Origin: Aurantibacter sp.
GTDB taxonomy: Bacteria > Bacteroidota > Bacteroidia > Flavobacteriales > Flavobacteriaceae
Length of the DNA: 64,000 nt
Direction of reading: 5' to 3'
Assembly (NCBI RefSeq): GCF_042094015.1
Contig: NZ_JBELDZ010000001.1
Span: 44,091 to 108,090 of the forward strand
The stretch's first letter is position 1; each line of letters opens with the position of its first letter. Position numbers and translations under genes: made by a program. Shown here piece after piece: positions 36,818 to 45,647 of the stretch. The notes beneath the pieces are model-generated. The model made no database searches and was not told the DNA's origin. It saw only the letters and a program-made list of their open reading frames with translations.

Positions 36818-39800
36818 CTAGTCTAGCATAGGTTCATTTCCTAAATTTTCAAATTCTAATTTTTTGGTATCTCTTTGAGCGTTTCTTTTTAACCACATTT
36901 TTAATCTTACAGATAAGTAAAATAATGCTGGTACTACAATTAGTGTCAAAAATGTAGCAATAAATAACCCGTAAATTACTGTCCATGCTAATGGACCCCA
37001 GAAAATAACATTATCTCCTCCAAAATAAATTTTAGGATCGAATGAACTAAATAATGAAAAGAAATCTATATTTAAACCAATAGCTAAAGGAATTAAACCT
37101 AAAATGGTTGTAATTGCTGTTAGTAAAACAGGTCGTAAACGTGCTTTTCCAGATTGAATAATTTGAGCCAATAATTCGTCTTTTGGTAAAAAAGTGTTTT
37201 CAGATAAACCTAAGGTATTTTTTCTTCGATCTATTAATAATTGTGCATAATCTAATAATACCACACCATTATTAACTACAATTCCGGCGAGTGATATGAT
37301 TCCCATCATTGTCATCATAATAACAAATGGCGCTCCTGAAATTACAATTCCACCAAATACACCTATTAGACTAAGAAATATGGCAATCATAATAATTGTA
37401 GGTTTTGAAATTGAATTAAATTGAAAAATTAAAATTAAGAAAATCAATCCTAAACCTGTGAAAAATGCTCCCATTAAGAATTCCATTTGTTTATTTTGTT
37501 CTTCTATTTGACCTGTGTAATTAAATTTTACACCTTTAGGTAAATCTCCAAACTCAGCCATTTCTTTTTCAATCTGTGCTACAGCAGCAGCAGCATCTGT
37601 ATATCCTGGTGCTAGAGCAGAATAAACTGCAACAACACGTTTTCCTTCTTTGTGCTTAATAGCACTAAATCCGGAGTTGTTTTTTTGCGACGCTACAGAA
37701 GACACAGGAATTTCTTTTACTTGACCAGAAGCCATATCTCTAAAGGTTATTTTTTGATTAAAAATAGCACTTTTGTTATAGCGATTCTCTTCGTTAAAAC
37801 GAACATAGATGTCAAAATCATCGCCATTTTCTTTATAAATCCCTGCTTTTGCTCCAAAGATAGAGTTACGTAATTGTTGTCCTACTTGGCCAGTACTTAC
37901 GCCTAGTTCTCCTGCTTTTTTTCTGTCTACTACAACTTGCATTGCAGGCTTATCTTTATTTACATCAATCTTTAATTCATCTATAGCGGCAATATTTTTG
38001 CTATTAATAAACTCGCGCATTTCCTCAGCAAGATTAATTAACTCATTATAATCTTCACCTTGAATTTCAATATTAATTGGTGCTCCAGCTGGCGGACCAT
38101 TAGCGTCTTTCTCTACAGAAATTAAAACACCAGGATAGATTCCTACTAAAGCTTCTTGAACCTTTTGTCTTAAAACTTCAGAGTCCTTTCCATTTCTGAA
38201 TTTATACTCGCGCATTGAAGCGGTAATTTTTCCTTTATGAGGCATTTCGGCAGCAGAACCACCATCGGTTTGAGGATTTCCTGCGCCTTCACCAACTTGA
38301 GAAACAGCACTTTCTACTAAGAAATTTTCGCCATCTTTAATATATTCAGAACTATTGATAACACTATAAACTTTTGTTTCAATTTCTTTTGTAATTGAAT
38401 TCGTTTTTTCAATATCTGTTCCTTGCGGATATTCGATATAAACTATGATTTGATTTGGCTTGTTATCTGGGAAAAATTCAATTTTGGTTCGCTCCTCATT
38501 ACAAGAAATAACAAAAGCTATCATTGTGAAAATTAATAAAATAAAAGACCCAAAACTTAAACCAAACGGACGATAACCACGTAGAGCAATTTTTAAAACA
38601 CGTTCGTAAAAATTTTCTAGACTCACTAAAGTTTTTGTTTGGAAACGATTTGCCATTTTACGAATAACTAATCTATAAACCCATAACATAATAGCTGTAA
38701 AAATCATTATAGATCCTAAACCTCTATAAGCTCCACCAAATAACATAATTAGTAATCCAATCCCTCCAACAATTGAAGAAATTGTAATAATTTGTTTTAG
38801 TGGCATATCTTTATCTTCAGTAGTCATAAACTGAGAAACTAAAACTGAGTTAAAGAATATTGCTACAAATAGAGAAGAACCTAAAACGACAGATAATGTA
38901 ATTGGAAAATACACCATAAATTCCCCCATTACACCTGGCCACATACCTAAAGGGATAAAAGCAGCTACAGTTGTTGCGGTAGAAATAATAATTGGAAATG
39001 CAATTTCTCCAATTCCTTTTTTAGCAGCATCAATTCTACTTAAGCCTTCTTCTTCCATTAAACGGTAGACATTTTCCACGACTACAATTCCATTATCTAC
39101 CAACATTCCTAATCCCATAATTAATCCAAATAGAATCATTGTATTCATAGTATAACCCAAATAGTTTAAAATCATTAAAGACATAAACATAGACATAGGT
39201 ATTGCAAAACCTACAAACAGAGCATTTTTGAACCCTAAAAAGAACATTAAAACAGTTACAACTAATATAATTCCAAAGATGATATTATTAACCAAATCAT
39301 CTACTTGTCCTATGGTTTTTGAGGATTGATCGTTTGCTATGGTTACTTTTAGGTTAGATGGGAATACGTTTGCTTTAGCATTCGCAACAATTTCTTGTAC
39401 TTGCTCTGCTGCTGCAACCATATTCTTTCCAGCTCGTTTTTTTACATCAAGCATTACTACAGCTTCTCCAAACTCTCGAGCAAATGTAGTTATGTCTTTT
39501 TCTGAAAATGTAATGTTGGCAACATCTTTTAAGTAGATAGAATTTCCTTTTTCAGATTTAACGACAAAATTATTAAGGTCTTCAGGGCTATCTATTTCAC
39601 CTATAATTCTAATGGTTCTTCTTTGTCCACTTGATATAAAATTACCAGCAGACATTGTCATGTTACCACGACTTATAGTATTAATAATATCATCAAAACT
39701 TACCTTAGAAGCCATCATTTTATAGATATCTACAGCAACTTCAACTTCTTTTTCTTGAGCACCACGAATATCTACTTTCTTGATTTCGTCTAAGTCTTCA

Positions 39801-40342
39801 ATACCATCTTCTAAATATTCTCCAAATTCTTTTAATTTGGATATTGGATAATCTCCAGAAATATTAATATTAAGAATTGGCATTTCTTCAGACATACTCA
39901 ACTCAAAAACATTAGGTTCTACTTTTGCCCCATTAAAAGTTGGCCAATCTTCGCTAGAAGTTTCGCTATCAATTTCGTCTTTTACTTTTGTTTTAGCTTG
40001 GTCGATACTTAAACTCTCATCAAACTCTACAATAATCATAGAGTAATCTTCTTGTGATGTAGATGTTATTTTAACCTTACCAGTAATTGTTTTTAATTTA
40101 TCTTCTAAAGGCTTGGTTATTAGCTTTTCAATATCTTCTGCTGTATTTCCAGGAAATAAAGAACTAATATAAATTTTAGTTTCTTTAATCTCTGGAAAAC
40201 TTTCTCTTGGCATACTAAAATAGGCAGATGAACCTAAAATTAGTATTAAAGAAATCATCATATAAATAGTCGTCTTGTTGCGAATTGCCCAAGATGATAG
40301 GAAAAAATCTTTGTCGGTATTTTTTTGTTTTTTATTAGTCAT
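36818..40342 (-). CDS. RND efflux transporter permease (AcrB family)
   Basis: 1174 aa, 12-TM/two-large-loop layout. Motifs include FPEIKETKIYISSLFPG and GLIMGLGMLVDNGIVVVENVYR. Confidence 0.9.
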   Translation of the reverse strand: MTNKKQKNTDKDFFLSSWAIRNKTTIYMMISLILILGSSAYFSMPRESFPEIKETKIYISSLFPGNTAEDIEKLITKPLEDKLKTITGKVKITSTSQEDYSMIIVEFDESLSIDQAKTKVKDEIDSETSSEDWPTFNGAKVEPNVFELSMSEEMPILNINISGDYPISKLKEFGEYLEDGIEDLDEIKKVDIRGAQEKEVEVAVDIYKMMASKVSFDDIINTISRGNMTMSAGNFISSGQRRTIRIIGEIDSPEDLNNFVVKSEKGNSIYLKDVANITFSEKDITTFAREFGEAVVMLDVKKRAGKNMVAAAEQVQEIVANAKANVFPSNLKVTIANDQSSKTIGQVDDLVNNIIFGIILVVTVLMFFLGFKNALFVGFAIPMSMFMSLMILNYLGYTMNTMILFGLIMGLGMLVDNGIVVVENVYRLMEEEGLSRIDAAKKGIGEIAFPIIISTATTVAAFIPLGMWPGVMGEFMVYFPITLSVVLGSSLFVAIFFNSVLVSQFMTTEDKDMPLKQIITISSIVGGIGLLIMLFGGAYRGLGSIMIFTAIMLWVYRLVIRKMANRFQTKTLVSLENFYERVLKIALRGYRPFGLSFGSFILLIFTMIAFVISCNEERTKIEFFPDNKPNQIIVYIEYPQGTDIEKTNSITKEIETKVYSVINSSEYIKDGENFLVESAVSQVGEGAGNPQTDGGSAAEMPHKGKITASMREYKFRNGKDSEVLRQKVQEALVGIYPGVLISVEKDANGPPAGAPINIEIQGEDYNELINLAEEMREFINSKNIAAIDELKIDVNKDKPAMQVVVDRKKAGELGVSTGQVGQQLRNSIFGAKAGIYKENGDDFDIYVRFNEENRYNKSAIFNQKITFRDMASGQVKEIPVSSVASQKNNSGFSAIKHKEGKRVVAVYSALAPGYTDAAAAVAQIEKEMAEFGDLPKGVKFNYTGQIEEQNKQMEFLMGAFFTGLGLIFLILIFQFNSISKPTIIMIAIFLSLIGVFGGIVISGAPFVIMMTMMGIISLAGIVVNNGVVLLDYAQLLIDRRKNTLGLSENTFLPKDELLAQIIQSGKARLRPVLLTAITTILGLIPLAIGLNIDFFSLFSSFDPKIYFGGDNVIFWGPLAWTVIYGLFIATFLTLIVVPALFYLSVRLKMWLKRNAQRDTKKLEFENLGNEPMLD

Positions 40343-40426
40343 TTTCTTTAAATGTTTATTGGTCTATGTGCTGATTTGCTCGTTTGATATTTTCAATTAA
40401 ACATATCATCATATAAACATTTTAAC

Positions 40427-41593
40427 TTATTTCATCACTCTAACTACTTGTCCGTCTTTTACACTACGAGCACCTTCGTTTATAATCTCATCATTATCAT
40501 TTAAACCAGAAATTACTTCTATTACATCGCCTTGAGTTTCTCCAGTTGTTATAATAACCTGTTTAGCTGTCGCCTTACCGTTAGCTTTATCTTTTAAAAT
40601 ATAAATATATTGTTCTCCAGAAGCATTTTCTGAAATAATACTTTGTGGAATTAATAAAGCTGAATTATTAGAGTAATCGTTAATTTTAAGTTTAGCTGTT
40701 AAATTTGGCTTTATTATATTTTTAGTTTTTGGCAAACCAATTTCTACTTTAAAAGTTCTGTTTGCAGGGTTAATAAAGCTTCCTGTTTGCCTTACTTTAG
40801 TGTCTACTTTTTCCCCTAAAACAGGAAATTCTACTTCTACTTTAGAATCTTTAGATACTTGTTTTAAATAGCGTTCTGGAACATCTACCTCAATATACAT
40901 ATCGCTTAAATTTACTAATCTAATAATTTGAGATTGTCCTGCAGCAACTACATTTCCTTGTTCTGTAATTACATCGTCTACCACTCCAGAAAACGGTGCT
41001 GTAATTCTAGTTTTAGCTAATTGACGATTAATTTGATTTAACAATTCTTGTTGTGATTGGTAATTAGATTTAGTTTGAAGAAACTGAATTTCGCTACCAA
41101 TTTTTTGATCCCATAAACGTTTTTGACGTTCGTAAGTGGTTTTTGCTAAATCTGTTTGTATTTGTAATTGTGCGCGTTGTTGTGCTAATCCTCCATCGTC
41201 TACAGTAGCTAATAATTGTCCTTTAGAAACCTTTTGCCCTTCCAAAACTAAAACTTGTGTTAAGATCCCAGGCATTTCTGGTGTTAATACTAAATTTTGT
41301 TTAGTTGTAACGTTTCCTTGTAACTCTAAAAAATGATTAAACGCTTCTTTTTTAGTTATAAATGAAGTGATTAAAGGCACATTTTTATCAGGATTTAATT
41401 CTGAAAGTTTTGTGTCTATTTGTTTTATTTGCTGAGCCAAGATTTGTTGTTGAGCCACTAAGTCTATTCTTTTAGCGTTAATTTGCTCTGTCTCACCAGA
41501 ACTTAAAATACTTTCTAAGGATGTAGTGTTTTCTTTATTTTCACAAGATAAAAGCATTATGCTTAAAAATGTTATTGATAATATAGATTTCAT
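40427..41593 (-). CDS. RND efflux periplasmic adaptor (membrane-fusion protein)
   Basis: Lipobox LLSC. Biotinyl-lipoyl-like hairpin (GILTQVLVLEGQKVSKGQLLATVD), coiled coil, beta-barrel domains. Confidence 0.88.
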   Translation of the reverse strand: MKSILSITFLSIMLLSCENKENTTSLESILSSGETEQINAKRIDLVAQQQILAQQIKQIDTKLSELNPDKNVPLITSFITKKEAFNHFLELQGNVTTKQNLVLTPEMPGILTQVLVLEGQKVSKGQLLATVDDGGLAQQRAQLQIQTDLAKTTYERQKRLWDQKIGSEIQFLQTKSNYQSQQELLNQINRQLAKTRITAPFSGVVDDVITEQGNVVAAGQSQIIRLVNLSDMYIEVDVPERYLKQVSKDSKVEVEFPVLGEKVDTKVRQTGSFINPANRTFKVEIGLPKTKNIIKPNLTAKLKINDYSNNSALLIPQSIISENASGEQYIYILKDKANGKATAKQVIITTGETQGDVIEVISGLNDNDEIINEGARSVKDGQVVRVMK

Positions 41594-41603
41594 AAATATT
41601 GTT

Positions 41604-42926
41604 TTAAAAAGTTGTGGTTTGGTTTGTGATTGTATCTAATTTTGCTTTTGCATTTAATACATTAAGCATAGCTTGTAAATAGTCTTGTTGTGAACTGTAA
41701 AGTTGTGTTTGAGCTTGTCTTAAATCGAAACTTGTAGAAACGCCTTCAAAAAATTTCGTCTGATTTTTAGCTTCTATACGTTTTGCTAAAGTTAGATTCT
41801 CTGTTTTGTTTTTAAAATCTTCTACAGCAAATTCATAATCTGATTTTGCGGATGCTAATTGTAACTTTATGCGTTGTTCTGTTTCTGTTACATTAAGTTC
41901 TGCTTTTTCAAGGTTGATTTTTGCACGTTGCGTTCTTGCGCCATGTTGACCAGAACTAAAAAGAGGTATTTTAATACTTGCTCCAAAAGAAGAAGTTCCA
42001 ATCCATTTTTTATCAGAATTTGAAAAATCAAAAGTTTCTCTGTTTGCTAAATAGCCACCATTTAGAAAAGCACCAATGGTTGGTAGATTCCTACTACGTT
42101 CTAGCTTAACTAATAATTCTTTTGACACTTTATCATTTTCGGCAATTTTAAAATCTATAGTATTCTTAACATCGTCTAAAGTTAATGCTTCAATAAAAAT
42201 ATTTTTCTCTGTTAAAGACTTTAAGTTATCTGTTAATAGTATTTTTTGATCTAACTCTATTCCTAAATTTAGATTAAGCATTTGGTAAGCAATTTTTTGA
42301 AGTCTTTTTGTTTTATTTAAATTGTTTTTAACTCCAGATAAAGTTATTTTTAATTGCTCTACGCTTTCTTCCTCTTCAAACCCATTCTCGAAAATTTTAG
42401 TGATATCGAATACATTTTTTTCTAAAACTCCAATATTACTGTTTAATATTTTTAAACTTTCTTCTGCTAAAAGTACATTTCCATACGCATTAATAACTGC
42501 TTCTCTAACTTGTAAATCGGTTTTAGTTTTAGCATTTTTACTAATTTGCAAAAATACTTTTGCTGATTGTAGTCCAACAATATAAGAGCCATCAAAAATC
42601 ATTTGATTTAATGATGCAGATGCATTCATTTGATGCTGTGCTCCAAATTCAGGAATCCCATCACCATTAAAATCAACTGGGTCAAACTGCTGTCTTATAT
42701 TATTAATATAGTCTATTTGTCCTGAAATTTGAGGAAATCCTCCACGGATTGTTTCTTTTTTTTGCTGTATAGCAGCATCAACATCATGAGCTGAGTTGAT
42801 GGCAGTTCGGTTAGATTTGAGTGCGTAATCTATAGCTTCCTGTAAGCTTAAAGATTCTGGAGTATTAGTTTGCCCAATTACAGACACACTAATAAATAGA
42901 GCGCACAAAATGAAATGTTTAGTCAT
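41604..42926 (-). CDS. TolC-family outer-membrane efflux protein
   Basis: Duplicated coiled-coil/barrel repeats and N-terminal LSLQEAIDYALKSN, in operon context with the MFP and RND genes. Confidence 0.88.
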   Translation of the reverse strand: MTKHFILCALFISVSVIGQTNTPESLSLQEAIDYALKSNRTAINSAHDVDAAIQQKKETIRGGFPQISGQIDYINNIRQQFDPVDFNGDGIPEFGAQHQMNASASLNQMIFDGSYIVGLQSAKVFLQISKNAKTKTDLQVREAVINAYGNVLLAEESLKILNSNIGVLEKNVFDITKIFENGFEEEESVEQLKITLSGVKNNLNKTKRLQKIAYQMLNLNLGIELDQKILLTDNLKSLTEKNIFIEALTLDDVKNTIDFKIAENDKVSKELLVKLERSRNLPTIGAFLNGGYLANRETFDFSNSDKKWIGTSSFGASIKIPLFSSGQHGARTQRAKINLEKAELNVTETEQRIKLQLASAKSDYEFAVEDFKNKTENLTLAKRIEAKNQTKFFEGVSTSFDLRQAQTQLYSSQQDYLQAMLNVLNAKAKLDTITNQTTTF

Positions 42927-43533
42927 TATTTTCAGATTGGTTTTTAATAAATTTATTTAAAGTTTTCATTCCTTTTTCGGTTACAATAGCTCTTAAATGA
43001 TATTCTAAATAGTCTTCCATTAAATCAGAGACAGAATATTTGTCTGCTGGAAAAATAGTTTGATCTTTTATACCTGTCATTCCATTAAAATACATTCGTG
43101 AAATAAAATCAACATTTATACTAGCTCTAAAAACACCCGTTTCTTTTCCATGTCTTAAGCTTTTACTTATAGAATCATGCATTTTTTCAAACTGCTTTTT
43201 ACGAAGCATTTCATGAATTTCGAAATAATACTTTTTAAGTTGGTGTTGTGGCGATGTTTTTTCGTTTTTTAAATGTTGCATAACAAACATTTTTATGTCG
43301 TATAGCTCTTCAATTGGATTAGAAGATTTATTAAAAATGCAATCAATTCCACCGCAAATAACATCGAAAAGATGAAAAGTTGCCGCTTCTACTAACTTCG
43401 TTTTGTTTTTAAAATATACATAAATGGTTTTTTTAGATATACCCATTTCGTTAGCTATATCGTCCATTGTAACGCTTTTAAATCCAAGATTTAAAAACAG
43501 TTCTGTAGATTTTATTATAATTTTATCTTTCAT
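42919..43533 (-). CDS. TetR/AcrR-family transcriptional regulator
   Basis: N-terminal HTH ELFLNLGFKSVTMDDIANEMGISKKTIYVYFKNK. Overlaps the tolC-like gene by 8 nt. Confidence 0.9.
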   Translation of the reverse strand: MKDKIIIKSTELFLNLGFKSVTMDDIANEMGISKKTIYVYFKNKTKLVEAATFHLFDVICGGIDCIFNKSSNPIEELYDIKMFVMQHLKNEKTSPQHQLKKYYFEIHEMLRKKQFEKMHDSISKSLRHGKETGVFRASINVDFISRMYFNGMTGIKDQTIFPADKYSVSDLMEDYLEYHLRAIVTEKGMKTLNKFIKNQSENND

Positions 43534-43541
43534 ATACTATG

Positions 43542-43549
43542 CAAATATA
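43542..43549 (-). promoter_or_regulatory. Candidate -7 promoter box (TATATTTG) for the tetR-efflux operon
   Basis: Minus-strand TATATTTG lies 8 nt upstream of the tetR ATG and directly abuts the inverted repeat at 43551-43584. Confidence 0.3.
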
Positions 43550-43550
43550 C

Positions 43551-43584
43551 AAAGGAAACTTTTAATGTTTTTAAAGTTTCCTTT
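43551..43584. promoter_or_regulatory. Perfect 12-bp inverted repeat; candidate TetR operator
   Basis: AAAGGAAACTTT (43551-43562), a 10-nt spacer, then AAAGTTTCCTTT (43573-43584). It sits in the promoter region of the tetR-tolC-MFP-RND operon. Confidence 0.5.
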
Positions 43585-43650
43585 ATTTTAATCATTTTTT
43601 AACATTGCTAATATGGTTTTATTGAGCGTAGTTTTCATTATTTTTGCTAA

Positions 43651-44625
43651 ATGCAAAGCACACCATTTTACCAGGAAGAGTTTATAGAATACTTAAACAC
43701 ATTTACAGTAGAAAGAGAACCTGTAAATCTTTACGAGCCCGTAAATTATATATTGCAATTAGGAGGAAAACGATTAAGACCAGTTTTAACTTTAATGTCT
43801 GCCGATATTTTTGATGGAGACTATAAAAAAGCACTTGCTGCTGCATTGAGTATTGAGGTGTTTCATAATTTTTCTTTAGTTCATGATGATATTATGGATG
43901 CTGCACCTTTAAGAAGAGGTAAAGAAACAGTTCACATAAAATGGGATACCAATACAGGTATTTTATCTGGAGATGCAATGTTAATCATAGCGTATCAGCT
44001 TTTTGAGTCTTATGAACCTAAAATATTTCAGGCATTAGCTAAATTATTTAGTAAAACCGCTTTAGAAGTTTGTGAAGGACAGCAATACGATGTAGATTTT
44101 GAAGTTAGAAATGATGTTACTATTGCTGAGTATTTAAAAATGATTGAATATAAAACTGCTGTTTTGGTTGGAGCAGCAATGCAAATGGGTGCAATTGTAG
44201 CTAATGCAAATAAAGAAAATCAAGTTGCTATTTATAATTTTGGCCGATTATTAGGAATTGCATTTCAGTTGCAAGATGATTATTTAGACGCCTTTGGTGA
44301 TCCTAAAACATTTGGTAAACAAGTTGGTGGCGACATAATTGAAAACAAGAAAACTTATTTATACTTAAAGGCGTTGGAGTTTTTAAATGAATCTGAAGCA
44401 AAGGAACTCGAGATCTTATTTAATAAAGAATTATCCGATAATGCTGATAAAATTAAACGCGTAAAAACGTTATTTTTAAATAGCGGATCTGCTAATGCTA
44501 CAAAACAAGCTATAAAAGACTATACTGATAAAGCTTATAAGGTTTTAGATAGTTTAACGATTTCAAACGATAAAAAAGAACAGTTGAAAGTTTTTGGAAA
44601 TGCTTTAATGACAAGAACTACTTAG
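43651..44625 (+). CDS. Polyprenyl diphosphate synthase (trans-isoprenyl diphosphate synthase family)
   Basis: First DDxxD in LVHDDIMD, second in FQLQDDYLD, and GKRLRP near the N-terminus. Confidence 0.88.
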   Translation: MQSTPFYQEEFIEYLNTFTVEREPVNLYEPVNYILQLGGKRLRPVLTLMSADIFDGDYKKALAAALSIEVFHNFSLVHDDIMDAAPLRRGKETVHIKWDTNTGILSGDAMLIIAYQLFESYEPKIFQALAKLFSKTALEVCEGQQYDVDFEVRNDVTIAEYLKMIEYKTAVLVGAAMQMGAIVANANKENQVAIYNFGRLLGIAFQLQDDYLDAFGDPKTFGKQVGGDIIENKKTYLYLKALEFLNESEAKELEILFNKELSDNADKIKRVKTLFLNSGSANATKQAIKDYTDKAYKVLDSLTISNDKKEQLKVFGNALMTRTT

Positions 44626-44631
44626 ATTACT

Positions 44632-44985
44632 ATGAAATTACCAGAAACGTTTTCAAACCTAATTGAAGAAGCAGACAATTTAAAATTATATCAAAAATTA
44701 ATTATTCAATTAAATAAAGATTTTTTATATGCTAATATAGATTTAGACTTTGAAGAAGATATTTCGCCAAAATCTCTAAAAGCGTGTCTACATGAGGTTG
44801 TTTATAGGTTAATTCAAGAAAAGTTTAACGATTATCTAAATCTACTTTATATTATAGATGTTTCAGAAGGAAAAATTAAAAATCTCAATGGAGACGATGC
44901 GTTGAGTTTGTCTGAGGAAGTTTCTTTTTTAATACTACAACGCGAATGGCAAAAAGTTTGGTTTAAGAATAGATATAGTAGTTAG
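44632..44985 (+). CDS. Hypothetical protein (117 aa), 6 nt downstream of the polyprenyl synthase
   Basis: ORF only, with no recognisable motifs. The tight spacing suggests co-transcription. Confidence 0.45.
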   Translation: MKLPETFSNLIEEADNLKLYQKLIIQLNKDFLYANIDLDFEEDISPKSLKACLHEVVYRLIQEKFNDYLNLLYIIDVSEGKIKNLNGDDALSLSEEVSFLILQREWQKVWFKNRYSS

Positions 44986-44987
44986 TT

Positions 44988-45533
44988 TTAAAAATAAACC
45001 CTAATAAAAGGAATAATAGCATCTGCATAAATACTTTTTTGTTCATCAAACAATAAATCGTAACGTAAACCAATAGTTACATTGTTTGTTCTGTATCCTG
45101 CTCCAATAAATAATGCCGGCGACCAATAATTATCACTCGGTAAACCTTGATTTATACCTTCGTAATTTCTATTGACACGAAGTTGCTCTAATTCGGTAGA
45201 TATTTGAATTTCGTTAATTGGATTGAATAGACCTAAAATGCTTCCGCCATAAATATTAGACTTAAATCTATTTTTAAATCGGTTATATGTGTAATTTAAA
45301 GATGTACCTAAAGAAAATTGATCGTTAAAATCGTAAATAGCACTTGGAGATACGCCTAAAGTAAAAAAGTCTGTCCCAGAACTTAAGCCTAGTCCACCAC
45401 CAAATCTAACATGTTGCCAAAAACGATTCTCTTTTGATTCAATTTCCGTTTGTGTAAAACTAAAGTTAAAGCTTAGGTAAATTAATACTATAATAAATTT
45501 TAAAGTTATATTTTTAAGCTTAAAATAAATCAT
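44988..45533 (-). CDS. Small outer-membrane beta-barrel protein
   Basis: Signal peptide, alternating beta-strand pattern, Gly/aromatic rich, C-terminal IPFIRVYF. Confidence 0.6.
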   Translation of the reverse strand: MIYFKLKNITLKFIIVLIYLSFNFSFTQTEIESKENRFWQHVRFGGGLGLSSGTDFFTLGVSPSAIYDFNDQFSLGTSLNYTYNRFKNRFKSNIYGGSILGLFNPINEIQISTELEQLRVNRNYEGINQGLPSDNYWSPALFIGAGYRTNNVTIGLRYDLLFDEQKSIYADAIIPFIRVYF

Positions 45534-45647
45534 ATTCGATACCTTTTTGAAAAATTATAGGATAAATATACTAAAATAGATGGTGTTTTTAGTAAATGTT
45601 GTATTTTTGATAAAATTTGTTGAAGCGAACACGCCTATTAAATTATA

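Noticed and set aside
37652-39536. Plus-strand ORFs 37652-37873 and 39339-39536 in the RND pump gene, with similar ones at 41136-41336 and 42322-42585 in the MFP and TolC genes
   Set aside because: These are antisense shadow ORFs within strongly supported efflux genes.
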